A stretch of 64,000 nucleotides of DNA from the NCBI GenBank assembly GCA_030141605.1, contig JAQGDQ010000424.1, forward strand, positions 135,964-199,963, written 5' to 3'. Of the stretch, positions 51,876 to 64,000 are shown piece by piece. Position numbers and translations under genes: made by a program. The stretch is from Tubiluchus corallicola. Its lineage: Eukaryota > Animalia > Priapulida. How positions within the stretch are numbered: position 1 is the first letter of the stretch; the number at the start of each line of letters is the position of its first letter. A model generated the notes under the pieces. It ran no database searches. It saw only the letters and a program-made list of their open reading frames with translations, and had not been told where the DNA came from.

Positions 51876-52367
51876 AACATTTCCAGAATTTTTTTGTTGC
51901 AAATTTCACATCAAAATTAACATTTGTAATCAAAATTGCCCATGCTTACACTCATGCATTACATTACGTACAATAATAGCTCTACGTTTGCATAAAATGT
52001 CCTTTAATAGATATTTGGTACAAATTTTCTGCTGGAGCCTAGCGAATATTAGGAGGACATACTTCTATAACTTCGTACATATAATTCGCATAATACTATA
52101 ATTGTTTATTTGCCGTATTTTTACCAGGCTGTACCACACGAACGCGGTCGTGCTGTATACAAAAGGATACTAAACTTTTTTATGTATTTGTATTTTAAGC
52201 GTGCGTAGCATTTAAATGTTATGTATGCAGCACCGTTATGTATGCAATGCACGTGAGTGAAATGTACATAATAAAACCGTAGCCTACGGGCCCAGCTTAT
52301 GCTATATTCAAGAGCTATACGACACATGTCATACACGATTACACGCCCTAATACATTTAATCAGTTT

Positions 52368-53280
52368 TCTGTTGTTGCTAGTATTGTTGCTTCTAGTGTT
52401 GCTTATAATGTTGCTACTAGTGTTGCTTGTATTGTTGCTTGTTGTGTTGCTACTAGTGTTGCTTGTAGTGTTGCTTGTATTGTTGCTTCTAGTGTTGCTT
52501 CTGTCGTTGCTTCCAGTGCTGCTGCTAATGTTGCTACTAGTGTTGTTTGTAGTGTTGCTTGTATTGTTGCTTCTAGTGTTGCTTCTAGTGCTGCTTCTAA
52601 TGTTGCTACTAGTGTTGCTACTAGTGGTGCTTCTAGCATTGCTTCTAGTGTTGCTTCTAGTGTTGCTTCTAGTGTTGCTTCTAGTGTTGCTTCTAATGTT
52701 GCTATTAGTGTTGCTTCTAGTGTTGTTTTTAGTGTTGCTTTTAGTGTTGCTACTAGTGTTGCTTCTAGTGTTGCTACTAGTGTTGCTTCTAGTGTTGCTA
52801 CTAAAGTTGCGTTTAGTGTTGCTTCTAATGTTGCTTCTAGTGTTGCTATTAGTGTTGCTTCTAGTGTTGCTTGTAGTGTTGCTTCTAGTGTTGCTTCTAA
52901 TGTTGCTTGTATTGTTGCTACTACTGTTGCTTCTAGTGTTGCTACTAGTGTTGCTACTAGTGTTGCTACTATTGTTGCTTCTAATGTTGCTTCTGGTGTT
53001 GCTTGTAGTGTTGCTTGTAGTGTTGCTTCTAATGTTGCTTCTAGTGTTGTTTTTAGTGTTGCTTTTAGTGTTGCTTCTAGTGTTGCTACTAGTGTTGCTT
53101 CTAGTGTTGCTACTAAAGTTGCTTCTAATGTTGCTTCTAGTGTTGCTTCTAATGTTGCTATTAGTGTTGCTTCTAGTGTTGCTTGTAGTGTTGTTTCTAG
53201 TGTTGCTTCTAATGTTGATTCTAGTGTTGCTTCTAGTGTTGCTGCTCGTGTTGCTGCTCCTGTTACTTCCAGTGTTGCTC
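52368..53280. repeat. 12-bp minisatellite, array 2
   Basis: Same unit and same head sequence as array 1. Confidence 0.95.
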
Positions 53281-54639
53281 CATTGTAATACTTCTTACGC
53301 TGCAGCTAATGCAGTTGCTTTTGCGATACGTCCTGCTGTTTTTTCTCTGAAGCTCTGCTTGATTGAAAGCCACGATCGTAATGAAATACGTAACCTTAGC
53401 AGAATAATTCGACCCTCATCACCCGGTGCAATGTAACAGCATTTCAAATTTCTTGTTGAAGGAAGAACCAATCCTCGAACGACATTTACTGCATTTTAAT
53501 GTACAATTAAAAATATGGAAATCGCAATACAAGATATGCGCATAGAATGCTTTGCTTAAAATGTAAAACATATTTAAATATTTCTTATCTCTCCTCCAAA
53601 CGAATGTTGATGCCGGCATATTTCAAAAAATGACGTAAGCTGGTGTATGCTCGGCAGCGTGAATGCTGTGAAGACAAGCTGTGATGAAGGTATGCGTTGA
53701 GAAATTTCTACAGTTTGCTTAGAAGTTCAGTTATTCTAATGTTGTGTTTAACTGTGTTTATGTAAAAATTAGTCAGTCGATCAATTATGATCAAATTTAA
53801 AGTGGTTACATAGCTTTAATCTACAGGATTACACCTTAAAATGTGTAAGTAATTAACATTAATTGTGCAAATAATTAATTTACAGATTTTTGTTGACTTT
53901 TAGATACGCATGTAAACTTGCCAGCACGTAGTAGGTACCGGGCTGGTTACTTAGTTTATAGAGTTCGCTCTATAAGTTAAAAAAGATTCTGAAGCACATG
54001 GCGGGATAAGTGTTTATATTGCACGGAAACAGGATGACGTCATTTTTCGTCTAAAATGAACGCGCCCAAGCGTAAAGTAATCACGGCTTTAAATTGATTT
54101 TACTAATTAAACGAGATGCTTATCACAATTTTATTGCTGAAACTTTCTAGCATTTTCCACAAACATTAAAATAAGCTCAACTTTTCGGGAGATTTGGCTT
54201 TTGCTTTAAAAAGGCACTTTCCTATACAGCGCGTTAAGAACGCTTATGGTGCAAGTTCAACTGGTCGGTCTGCTTTATACCGTCTTGAGTAGGAATTTGT
54301 TAAGTACGTCAGCCATTGATAGGTCAAGTGGGATTACCCACTCTAACAATAATAGAGGAAGTTACTACAGGTATTTTGCAAGATCTTCAACTCACCATTA
54401 AAATCAGCTGGTACTGAGTTGTTTAAAGGTTTGTGGAATCTTTTGCTTTGAAGGGGTTAAAATAACGTTTAGCTTCAACTTTATTTGGTAATAAAGTGGC
54501 AATTAAAAGAACTTTCTTGCTTATATCCGCATTGCTGAACCCTGGGATCGTAAGAACAGTGTCATTACTAGGAGGAAATCGGTCTAGTAGGCTCTTCAGG
54601 GATGCCGAATGGAAATTAATGCTGAGGCTTCATTAACGA

Positions 54640-55535
54640 TGGTGCACTGTAGCACTTGGTGAGACACCACGGTGCATTCTAGGACTTGAGGAAATCAACT
54701 ACGGTGCAACGAAACACTTGTTGGAATCAGCCTCGGTGCAGTATAGCATTTGATGAGATCAACCTCGGTGCAGTATAGCATTTGATGAGATCAACCTCGG
54801 TGCAGTATAGCATTTGATGAGATCAACCTCGGTGCAGTATAACATTTGATGAAATCAACCTTGGTGCAGTATAGCATTTGATAAAATCGACCTCGGTGCA
54901 GTATAGCATTTGATGAGATCAACCTCGGTGCAGTATAGCATTTGATGAGATCAACCTCGGTGCAGTATAGCATTTGATGAGATCAACCTCGGTGCAGTAT
55001 AGCATTTGATGAGATCAACCTCGGTGCAGTATAGCATTTGATGAGATCAACTTCGGTACAGTATAACATTTGATGAGATCAACCTCGGTGCAGTATAGCA
55101 TTTGATGAGATCAACTTCGGTGCAGTATAACATTTGATGAGATCAACCTCGGTGCAGTATAGCATCTAGTGAGATGGACCTTGGTGCAGCATAATATCTA
55201 GTGAGATGGACCTTGGTGCAGCATAACATCTAGTGCTTGGTGCAGCATAACATCTAGCGAGATGGACCTTGGTGCAGCATAATATCTAGTGAGATGGACC
55301 TTGGTGCAGCATAACATTTAGTGAGATGGACATTGGTGCAGCATAATATCTAGTGAGATGGACCTTGGTGCAGCATAACATCTAGTTCTTGGTGCAGCAC
55401 GACATCTAGTGAGATGGACCTTGGTGTAGCAGAACATCTAGTGAGATGGACCTTGGTGCAGCATAACATCTAGTGAGATAGACCTTGGTGCAGCATAACA
55501 TCTAGTTCTTGATGCAGCATAACATCTAGTGATAT
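54640..55535. repeat. 32-bp minisatellite with two sub-arrays
   Basis: tcaacctcggtgcagtatagcatttgatgaga, then tggaccttggtgcagcataacatctagtgaga. Confidence 0.95.
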
Positions 55536-55660
55536 TAGACCTCGTTTTCTATTATCGCTTTTACTGTGAATTTGCACAGACGTTTCTATTGTTTTATTTT
55601 CTTTTCTATTTCATAAACTTTCTTTTTCTTAACGTTTTAAACTTAACGTTGTTTTTTCAG

Positions 55661-55784
55661 TCATGTAGATTACATCAACATTATGGCGTATGATTATCAC
55701 GGAAGCTGGGAAAGTTTCACCGGGCACAACGCCCCACTTCTTCCCCGCGCTGAAGAGAGTAAATTCCAAAGAACCTCCAACGTT
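55661..55784 (+). CDS. GH18 chitinase exon 5 (VDYINIMAYDYHGSW...TGHNAPL); gene probably continues beyond the window
   Basis: ttttcag / gtacgt; MxYDxHG motif; phase 2 to 0. Confidence 0.95.
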
Positions 55785-56481
55785 GTACGTATTTGTATTT
55801 GTATTTTTTTGTAAAAAATTGTAAATTTACAACCCAAATAATTTATCACTTTTATCATTTTTGGTAGAAAACTGTTGTGCAAACCTGGCAGTCATTTTTA
55901 CCATATCTGCTCCACACAAGTCGTCAGGTACTTACAAAGTTGTGAGGACTTTTTAGATTTAGATTTAGCGCAATCTTTAGAAAATTTGATAAATCGCTGC
56001 AAATCAAGCGTTTTGCCATGATCGGCCAAGCGCGGCAACTATCGCTTACCAACTGCGAATCGGGTAGCTCCAAAAATCGAGCACTCGGCAATACAGCAAG
56101 CCGCCATAAGCATGATAACTTTAGGATAAAAACCACTTTATAGTAAACTGCCTTCCAATAGTCTGAGTAATGTAACTTGAGGGGTTATACAGAATCAGGG
56201 TTTTTTGTATGGGAAATATAACTGTTCTACATGACAAAAGATGGTGCCACACGTCTTACATTTTTCACCAAGGTGTAGTTTACATTTTAATTACTAACAC
56301 GGACTTTCAAAATCAATTCTTTACCTAGTACAGGAGTTATACTGCCGCTTTAATTGCTTATTCAAGTCAAGTTTATTTACTACAGCTATAGCTTATAGGA
56401 AACGAAGCAATTTATTGCTTATACATCTGCGCAAGTGATTTATTATAGAAGTAGAGCATATATAGTACTTAACAGACTGTA

Positions 56482-57304
56482 TGTCACTAAATGTACTAGT
56501 GCACTTTTGCAGGTTAACAAACAATTAATAGTATTGAACTGCTGGTGACACCTCGTCACCCGGGGGTGGTTCGGGCCTGCAGGTACGTAGACGGAGCAGT
56601 AAGGCAAGCAAAGCATTGAACTGCTGGTGACACCTCGTCACCCGGGGGTGGTTCGGGCCTGCAGGTACGGAGACGGAGCAGTAAGGCAAGCAAAGTATTG
56701 AACTGCTGGTGACACCTCGTCACCCGGGGGTGGTTCGGGCCTGCAGGTACGGAGACGGAGCAGTAAGGCAAGCAAAGTATTGAACTGCTGGGGGCACCTC
56801 GTCACCCGGGGGTGGTTCGGGCCTGCAGGTACGGAGGAGGGAGCAGTCTAATCATGATTTCCACATAACCACAATTAAACAAAGCTGAAGTAAATAATGC
56901 TGACTATTTAACTTGAAAGACATTGAAATATTTGAAGACCTAAGCTAACTGTGACAAGATTTTAGACAAATTAAAGAAAGCAGAACAAAGAAATAAAGTG
57001 GAGAGACTAAACTTGCCATACAGCGGGTAGTAGGAGAGCTCTAACTTTGATAGAAGAAACACAAGCACAAGAACCACCAACTCTGCACAACTCGTTTACC
57101 ACTGTAGCTCCAAAGTACAGCAGGTTTTTACCCTCCCTTTATAACCTTCCCCAAACTAGTGTACATGTCAGAGATAGAGCCAAAATGAAACCTGATTGGT
57201 TGAAAGCAAAAGGTTTGAAGATTTAGCCAATAAGAACCGAAATATTTGTAAAAGAATAATTCAGAAGACTTAGGTTTGAACTACTGGTACTTTTAGTGGT
57301 GACA
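56482..57304 (-). mobile_element. Gypsy-like solo LTR containing an 82-bp tandem repeat (56530-56848)
   Basis: TGTCAC...GTGACA termini, 4-bp TSD TGTA on both sides, minus-strand TATAAAA and CCAAT. Confidence 0.75.
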
Positions 57305-57904
57305 TGTAACACAATTTGGTAACCATGCTATACTTTTGAATAAAGGTAGAGGCTGTGCAGAGTGGGCCGCCCAAGCGCATGCGCTGCGGTAATATATAAC
57401 AGTCAAAAATGTCTGCATAAATCATTATTGTTATTGCCATAAAATCATTGCCAAAAATTACTTCAAAGTTACAACGTTATTACTTTGTTTATGGTAAATA
57501 AATTCTTACAACTTGATCATAATCAAAGTAATCTCTTAACAACTCAGATGTCGCGAACACAGGTTGGGTTTTTGTTTTTTGTAAATATTTTAGAACTTTT
57601 AATCTTTTTAGCTCTTTATAAAAAGGAAGGACAGCAATTATTATTGGGCGACTGAGAACCCTGGTGTTTTAAAGTTCAAGTCCGCATTTAGCGAAGTGCA
57701 AATAAAGAATTTGAATAAAGGATTAGAATAAACTTTGTTAATTTCTAAATTCTGAGTAGTAATGCCGTTTATAGAAAATGAGAACGACAGAATTTAAAAT
57801 ATGCGCATAGTTATTTTTACATTGTATGAACATTTAACAAGTGATATTTACAATGATTATATGGAAAAGAACGATTACATGATAATGGCGATGCGAATAA
57901 ATAC

Positions 57905-58463
57905 AACTAAATGCTACTTTTTAGACAGAGAAAAAATAGAGCTAAATGCTACGTTTTAGGTAGAGAAAAAATAGAGCTAAATGCTATTTTTTAGACAGAG
58001 AAAAATAGAGCTAAATGCTACGTTTTAGGTAGAGAAAAAATAGAGCTAAATGCTAGGTTTTAGGTAGAAAAAATAGAGTAAATGCTACGTTTTAGACAGA
58101 GAAAAATAGAGCTAAATGCTACGTTTTGGGTAGAGAAAAATAGAGCTAAATGCTACGTTTTATGTAGAGAAAAAATAGAGCTAAATGCTACGTTTTATGT
58201 AGAGAAAAATAGAGCTAAATGCTAGGTTTTAGGCAGAGAAAAAATAGAGTAAATGCTACGTTTTAGGTAGAGAAAAAATAGAGCTAAATGCTACGTTTTA
58301 GGTAGAGAAAAAAAGAGCTAAATGCTACGTTTTAGGTAGAGAAAAAATAGAGCTAAATGCTACGTTTTAGGTAGAGAAAAAATAGAGTAAATGCTAGGTT
58401 TTAGGTAGAAAAAATAGAGTAAATGCTACGTCTTAGACAGAGAAAGATAGAGCTAAATGCTAC
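57905..58463. repeat. Minisatellite, ~34-36-bp unit, ~15 copies
   Basis: aaaatagagctaaatgctacgttttaggtagaga; cut off at the LTR start. Confidence 0.95.
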
Positions 58464-59553
58464 TGTTATGAACAGTTTACTATACATGAATGTTTACCTA
58501 GTATTATGAATAGGTACTGTAAGTACTGCGGGATGGGAAAGCCACACACCTGTCCTTCAACAAGTGCATAATTTGGAAACCAGGTTGTCGTACTAGTTTT
58601 ATTTCGACGGCTTCAGTCGGCACGTCTATAGCTATGAAGTAAAGACGTTTGCTCTGTACGTGTTACCTGCAGACTATGTAATGTGTTGCAGTTTGGCATT
58701 TAGCATTATATATAGCTGTGATTACAGTTAAAGGACAGTAACGTTTTCGAGCAGTCTAGATACGTTGTGATACATTTTGTGTACCATCGGAGTTTACAGC
58801 CAAATGGATACTGGGGATAATTTGCTTAAGCCGTTATGGAGTTACTACTGTTCATGTGGAAAGTTTGGACTGAATATCACTGCATAAATTTACCTGACGC
58901 TAGCCTCTGAGAAAGTTAAACCATTCACGATGTCATCTCACCTACCTCATAGACGGGACAGTGCACACTTCGTTTCCAGTGACGTCACCAGTGATTATGT
59001 GGCATGCCAAGACGTTAATGGACAGTTAACCATCTCAGCGTGGACAGGTTTTTCGGTGCACCTCCCAGGGAAAGGGTAATTAGTGAGTACCTAGTGTATT
59101 AGAATTTAATTTGTTTATCTTTAGTTGGGTTTTGCCTCGTATTTATCTGATTGCTTTTGAAAATTATCTTTTTGATCATATCATCACAAATTTGTTAATT
59201 AAATTTTGATTGTTCTTTATACACAAAATATGTGTCTTGGAGTGCGTTTCTTTGTGAACGTTTAAAAGGTATTTGAATAGTGAAAATATTATGAATAGTT
59301 CACACTTTGTTAGCTAAACACAATAACAGCAACTCAAGGCCGACACTTAAGATCCCACTCGTGATTCGAACCCACATCTTTTATCTCAAGGTACGCCCCG
59401 TAGAGGTACCTATGAGAAACTTATTCAGTTTCTAAACTACTAACATCTGTGTACTACCTCACCGCTCGGCTAGGAGTACTAGTTTGGGAATTGTTGAAGA
59501 AAATCTGGCTTAAATAAGGAACAGAAAACCAACAAGTAAAACCCGGCGTCACA
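58464..59553 (+). mobile_element. 5' LTR of the Gypsy/Gmr1 element
   Basis: TGTTATG...CGTCACA; begins where the minisatellite breaks and is followed by a PBS. Confidence 0.8.
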
Positions 59554-59556
59554 TTT

Positions 59557-59574
59557 TGGTGGCAGCGGTGGGAT
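59557..59574 (+). promoter_or_regulatory. Primer-binding site, tRNA-Leu type
   Basis: TGGTGGCAGCGGTGGGAT is complementary to the recalled 3' end of metazoan tRNA-Leu(AAG/TAG). Confidence 0.8.
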
Positions 59575-59747
59575 CTTGTCAGTTATTGAGCTGCTGGTTA
59601 TTACAGTTGATTAATAGAACGCTTTGAGTAAAGTGTTGCATTATTGAAACGGGTGTTTCATAATCAGAATTAAAGTAGACACCCTCAGTGTAGGTACATG
59701 TAAACATTGTTACTCTACAATTACGCAAACCCTTCCCAGTAAATGTC

Positions 59748-62700
59748 ATGTCTCATAAAGCGACTTTCACACCTGTTTCATTGAACTATGAGACTGTTGA
59801 AACACTTAAAGTAATTGCACGTGAAATCGGTATATCAGTCCTTCCCAGAACAAAGCCTACTTTAATAGATGCTATTTTGAAACAGCAGGCAATGCTAAAT
59901 TCCCTTCAGGGTCCTGGAATGAGCGTAACTGGGCATAGTGCAGTGGAGAAGCTTCTCACAGAAAGTGAAGAAGAAGACAGAGAAGGAAAGGAAGAAGAAG
60001 AGGATGAAAGAAGAGACATTGGGTGCAGCATTGATGACAACTCCAGGTCCACCAGAACTTTCAAGGATTGCGCCTACGCCACTATTTAAAGGAAAAGGGC
60101 GAGGAACATTTTCTGGTGCGAACGTAGCAGGAAATTATGATTTGGCAGGTGTCCAAACACAGGACCAAGCCACACTTATCCTTCAACTGGAGAAAATGAG
60201 GTTGGAGAATGAACTGAGCATGCGCGAATTGGAGCTAAGAGAACGTAGAGAGTGTCGGGAGCATGAGCTAAGGATGGCTGAAAGGACGGATCGTCCAGCA
60301 TCTACAGCTGCTTTAACCCCCACTCCAGATGAGAGAATTTTTTCAGCAGTTAATGAGAAACGCTTGAAGTTGAGACCCTATAAAGAGGGACAAGGTGAAA
60401 CTATTTTAGAATGGCTCACGTATTTTGAGAAAACCTGCGCTGTCAACAGCATCCCTATGACTCGCTATTGTGCGTCTTTGGCTCCTCATTTATCTGGAAA
60501 AGCCTGCCATGCTTTCCAGCTTGTAGACGATGAAGATCTGCATGATTATGAGAAGGTCAAACAAGCAATTCTTCAGGCTTACTTAATCAGCCCGGAAAGT
60601 TATCGTGTGACCTTTCGTGACCTTATAAAGAAAAAGGACGAGACTTGTGCACAAGTTTTGGTACGGCTAAGGCAAGCTGCAAAGAATTGGGGCAAATCAC
60701 TTTCAGTTAGCACAGTTGAGGAAGCCATTGATCTTCTGGTATACGAGCAATTCATGGCTATTCTGCCTGCAGAAGTAGCACTTTGGCTCAAGAAGAACGC
60801 CGTGTACGACCTTGATGAGGCAGCTGAGAAAGCTGATGCATACATGTCTGCACAAAATCCTCGGTCCTCATTGTCGAGATTTAAACCTCCAGCACCAGAT
60901 AATTGCAGGCGACAATTTTCTGACAGTAAGCGTAATACTTTTAGTCCACCTGCGGCTAATCGTAACGTGACTTGTTACCAGTGCGGAAAAGTGGGTCACG
61001 TGTCTAATGCCTGTTCACTGAAACGAGCACAACGAACTGGTGTAACTCCTCCTGAGAAACCAAAAACACCATACAAGCAACTTTTAGCTTTAAAACCAAG
61101 TGAAGCTGTAATGTTAGCTACTGCCGAAGTTGGACCTACACAGTGTGTAACAGGGCATCCTTATTTCCATGCTACTTTAAATGGAGTTAATGTTTTGGGC
61201 CTACGTGATACAGGAGCTTCTAGAAGTGTGGCTAATCCAAGCTATGTAAGAGATGATCAATATCTCAAAGATGTTTACCACGATCTTAGATGCATCCATG
61301 ACTGTAATAAGTCATGCCCAGTGGCGGTGGTTGAAGTGTCCAGTCCATATGCCACAGGATTCTTAACCGTTGCTGTTGTGTCAAGCAGCCCAGTACCTCT
61401 GATACTTGGTAATGATTTTATGGCAGAGTTAAAGCCGATGACGGCTGGAGAAACATGTCTGAATAAGCCAATATGGTCTTCCTTAACTGCTGATGTAAAG
61501 AAAAAGCCCAACAATACAGTTGAGGATCCCAGCACACAGAAAGCAACTTATGCAATGGCTGTGAAAGGTGAAACCAAAAGGAAAAGGCAACGTTCTCACC
61601 CAGATAAGAGAAGTCAAACTTTAAATTTTGTGTTGCCGGTGACGACAAGAGCTAAAGCAAAGATATTGGCTGAAGATGCAAAAGCTGAGGCCAGAACTCA
61701 AATGCAGAGTGAACGAGATGTGCCATTACCATTTATAAAGGAGAATACTGCCAGTAAGCAACAATCAGTCTTGGACTCACTAAGCAAGGCCAAACTCGCA
61801 GAAGAACAGAAAGCCGACGTAACATTACGCAACTGGCTAGATCATGTTAAGCCTAAAAACGAATGCATCGAGAGCAAAAGTGGCTACTATCTAGAAGATG
61901 GAGTTTTACATGTAATTACTAAAGCTCGTGGCACAATACTGCATCGTTTGGCACTACCTAAAGCCAGACATCAAGAAGTCATCAAACTGGCTCACGATGG
62001 ACTAACTTCTGCTCACCAAGGTCAAAAGAAGACTTGGGATCGCATTGCAAGTCAGTACTGTTGGCCTGGAATGCGTAAGCAAGTAGAAAGCTATGTTAAG
62101 TCTTGTCCAGCCTGCCAGAAGACTTCCAGGGTCATGAAGAAGGATCGAGCACCCTTGAAGCCACATCCGGTAGTAAAAGAACCTTTCTCTACCATATGCA
62201 TTGATCTTATTGGGCCAATGCCCAGGACTAAAGCTGGACACAAGTACGCATTGGTTATAGTCGACCAAGCTACCAGGTACCCAGATGCATATCCATTGAA
62301 GACAGAAACTGCTAGTGAAGTTGCAAAAGCTTTGCTTCAATTCATCTGCAGACATGGTGTACCTAGAACAATACAGTCAGACAGAGGGACACAATTTACA
62401 TCAACTCTTATTGCAGACCTTGAGCAAGCACTCGGTGTGAAAGGCATTTTCTCAACACCTTACCACCCAGAATCTCAGGGAGTGACAGAAAGATTTAACT
62501 CTTCACTAAAGAATTCTATACGAAAACTCTTACAAACCCAGCGCTCGATGGAATGGGATGAGTTGATACCTTTTGTATTATTTGCCTATCGCGAGGTCCC
62601 TCAGGAATCACTGAAATACAGCCCATTTGAGCTTGTCTATGGCTTTCCTGTGAGAGGTCCCATGGCTGCGTTACGTCGCAAGTGGGGTGATCTGGATCCA

Positions 62701-64000
62701 CCAACACTAGAACAGGTAGACGACTACGTCCATCGTGTTATCAATGAGCTTGAGCAAACAACAGAAGATGCTCATACTGCTCTACAGGAAGCAAAGTTGG
62801 CGCAGAAGCGCTGGTATGATCGGCTCACAACTATGCGTGCATTAGAAGTTGGCCAAGAAGTTTTAGTACTACTTCCCGAGGCTCACAACAAGCTGTCTAA
62901 ACAGTGGCGCGGACCTTATCAGGTAGTGGACAAAATTTCTGAGCATACTTATAAAGTCGCCATTACTGGTCGTGGCAGAAAGAAAAGAACTCAGACATTC
63001 CACATCAATCTCCTCAAACCGTATATCAGACACTCGGAGAGTTTAGCTTTGTACACTCAGTGTTTGGAATCAGGATATGAATTCCCAGGGGTCGATGATT
63101 TGCACTCAGACACCCAAGCTTCTGACTCTTTCGCTGACATGCTCCAAGCTGCCCACCTACCAGAGGAAGCATTTACGCCAGGAGCCCAGCAAACACAATT
63201 TGTACATGATGTAGCCATCCCCAAGTACTTGTCTGCAGAACAAAAGATAGAACTCCAAATGGTGCTTCAGGATTACAGTGATATTTTTACAGATATCCCT
63301 GGACGCACTTCCTTGATTAAGCACAAAATCCTGTTAGCACATGAAGATTGCAAGCCTGTACATCAGAGAGCCTACCGGATTCCACAAGCCCGGAAAGAAT
63401 TGGTGAGAAAAGAAATTCAAGAAATGGAGAAGATTGGTGCTATCCGGAAGTCTGAATCTCCATGGTCGTCACCAGCTCTGCTTGTTCCGAAAGACCAAGG
63501 AACCGCAATAAGATTTTGCGTAGACTATCGTCAAGTCAACAAGTTGACACTCTTCTTGCAGTACCCAGTTCCAAGGACTGACGAACTCCTAGATGAGATG
63601 CATGGAGCAGAATGGATTTCTGTGATTGACATGACAAAGGCATACTGGCAAGTCCCACTGGCAAAAGAGTCACAGCCAGTATCTGCCTTTGTCACGGATT
63701 TTGGCAAATGGGAGTTTACGGTGATGCCGTTTGGTTTGCAAAATGCTGCACAAACAGCCCAGCAGTTGGCGGATATCATTTTGGAGAATGTGGTTAACCA
63801 TGCCCGTGGGTACATAGATGACATATGCATCCACTCGAATACCTGGAAGGAACATCTAGCACATATCCGGATGGTTCTGGAGTGTTTGAAAGCTGCTGGA
63901 TTGACAATCAAGCCAAAGAAATGTACATTTGCTCAGAAGGAGGTAGACTTTCTGGGGTATGTGGTTGGCCGAAATAGATTGCGTCCACAACCAAGGAAGG
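59748..64000 (+). CDS. Gmr1-type Ty3/Gypsy gag-pol polyprotein (Gag-CCHC-PR-IN-RT), one frameshift near 60009, truncated by the window
   Basis: In one frame: CYQCGKVGHVSNAC (~60973), LRDTGAS (61201), integrase HHCC, DLIGP, SDRGTQF, TERFN, GPY (~61990-62920), then RT PWSSP, RFCVDYR, YIDD (~63460-63820). Confidence 0.95.

Noticed and set aside
57345-57395. Possible chitinase exon 6 (EWAAQA...)
   Set aside because: Weak acceptor, early stop, and it lacks the expected KLxxGxPxYGR motif.

Overview
AT-rich, intron-rich animal (probably invertebrate) genomic DNA; it is not prokaryotic and has no CRISPR array. On the + strand, in order: (1) the 3' end of a conserved gene I cannot name, with two candidate paralogous terminal exons; (2) a ~3.6-4 kb tandem segmental duplication whose junction holds a 970-bp insert carrying most of MITD1, so that a duplicated calpain promoter and exon 1 (MGC acylation motif) can splice in frame to MITD1, a candidate new chimeric gene; (3) a complete 9-exon calpain (CysPc + CBSW, no EF-hand domain seen) whose introns contain tandem arrays amplified from its own splice donors, an inverted copy of a chitinase exon and an antisense calpain-paralogue fragment; (4) five exons of a secreted GH18 chitinase; (5) a Gmr1-type (PR-IN-RT order) Gypsy retrotransposon running off the window, with a tRNA-like module in its LTR. 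The rest is non-autonomous DNA transposons (Sola3-, Kolobok-, Tigger-, hAT-like), solo LTRs, LINE relics and many mini- and microsatellites. All exon joins, counts and family calls were made by hand from the sequence and from recalled family motifs; no searches were run.
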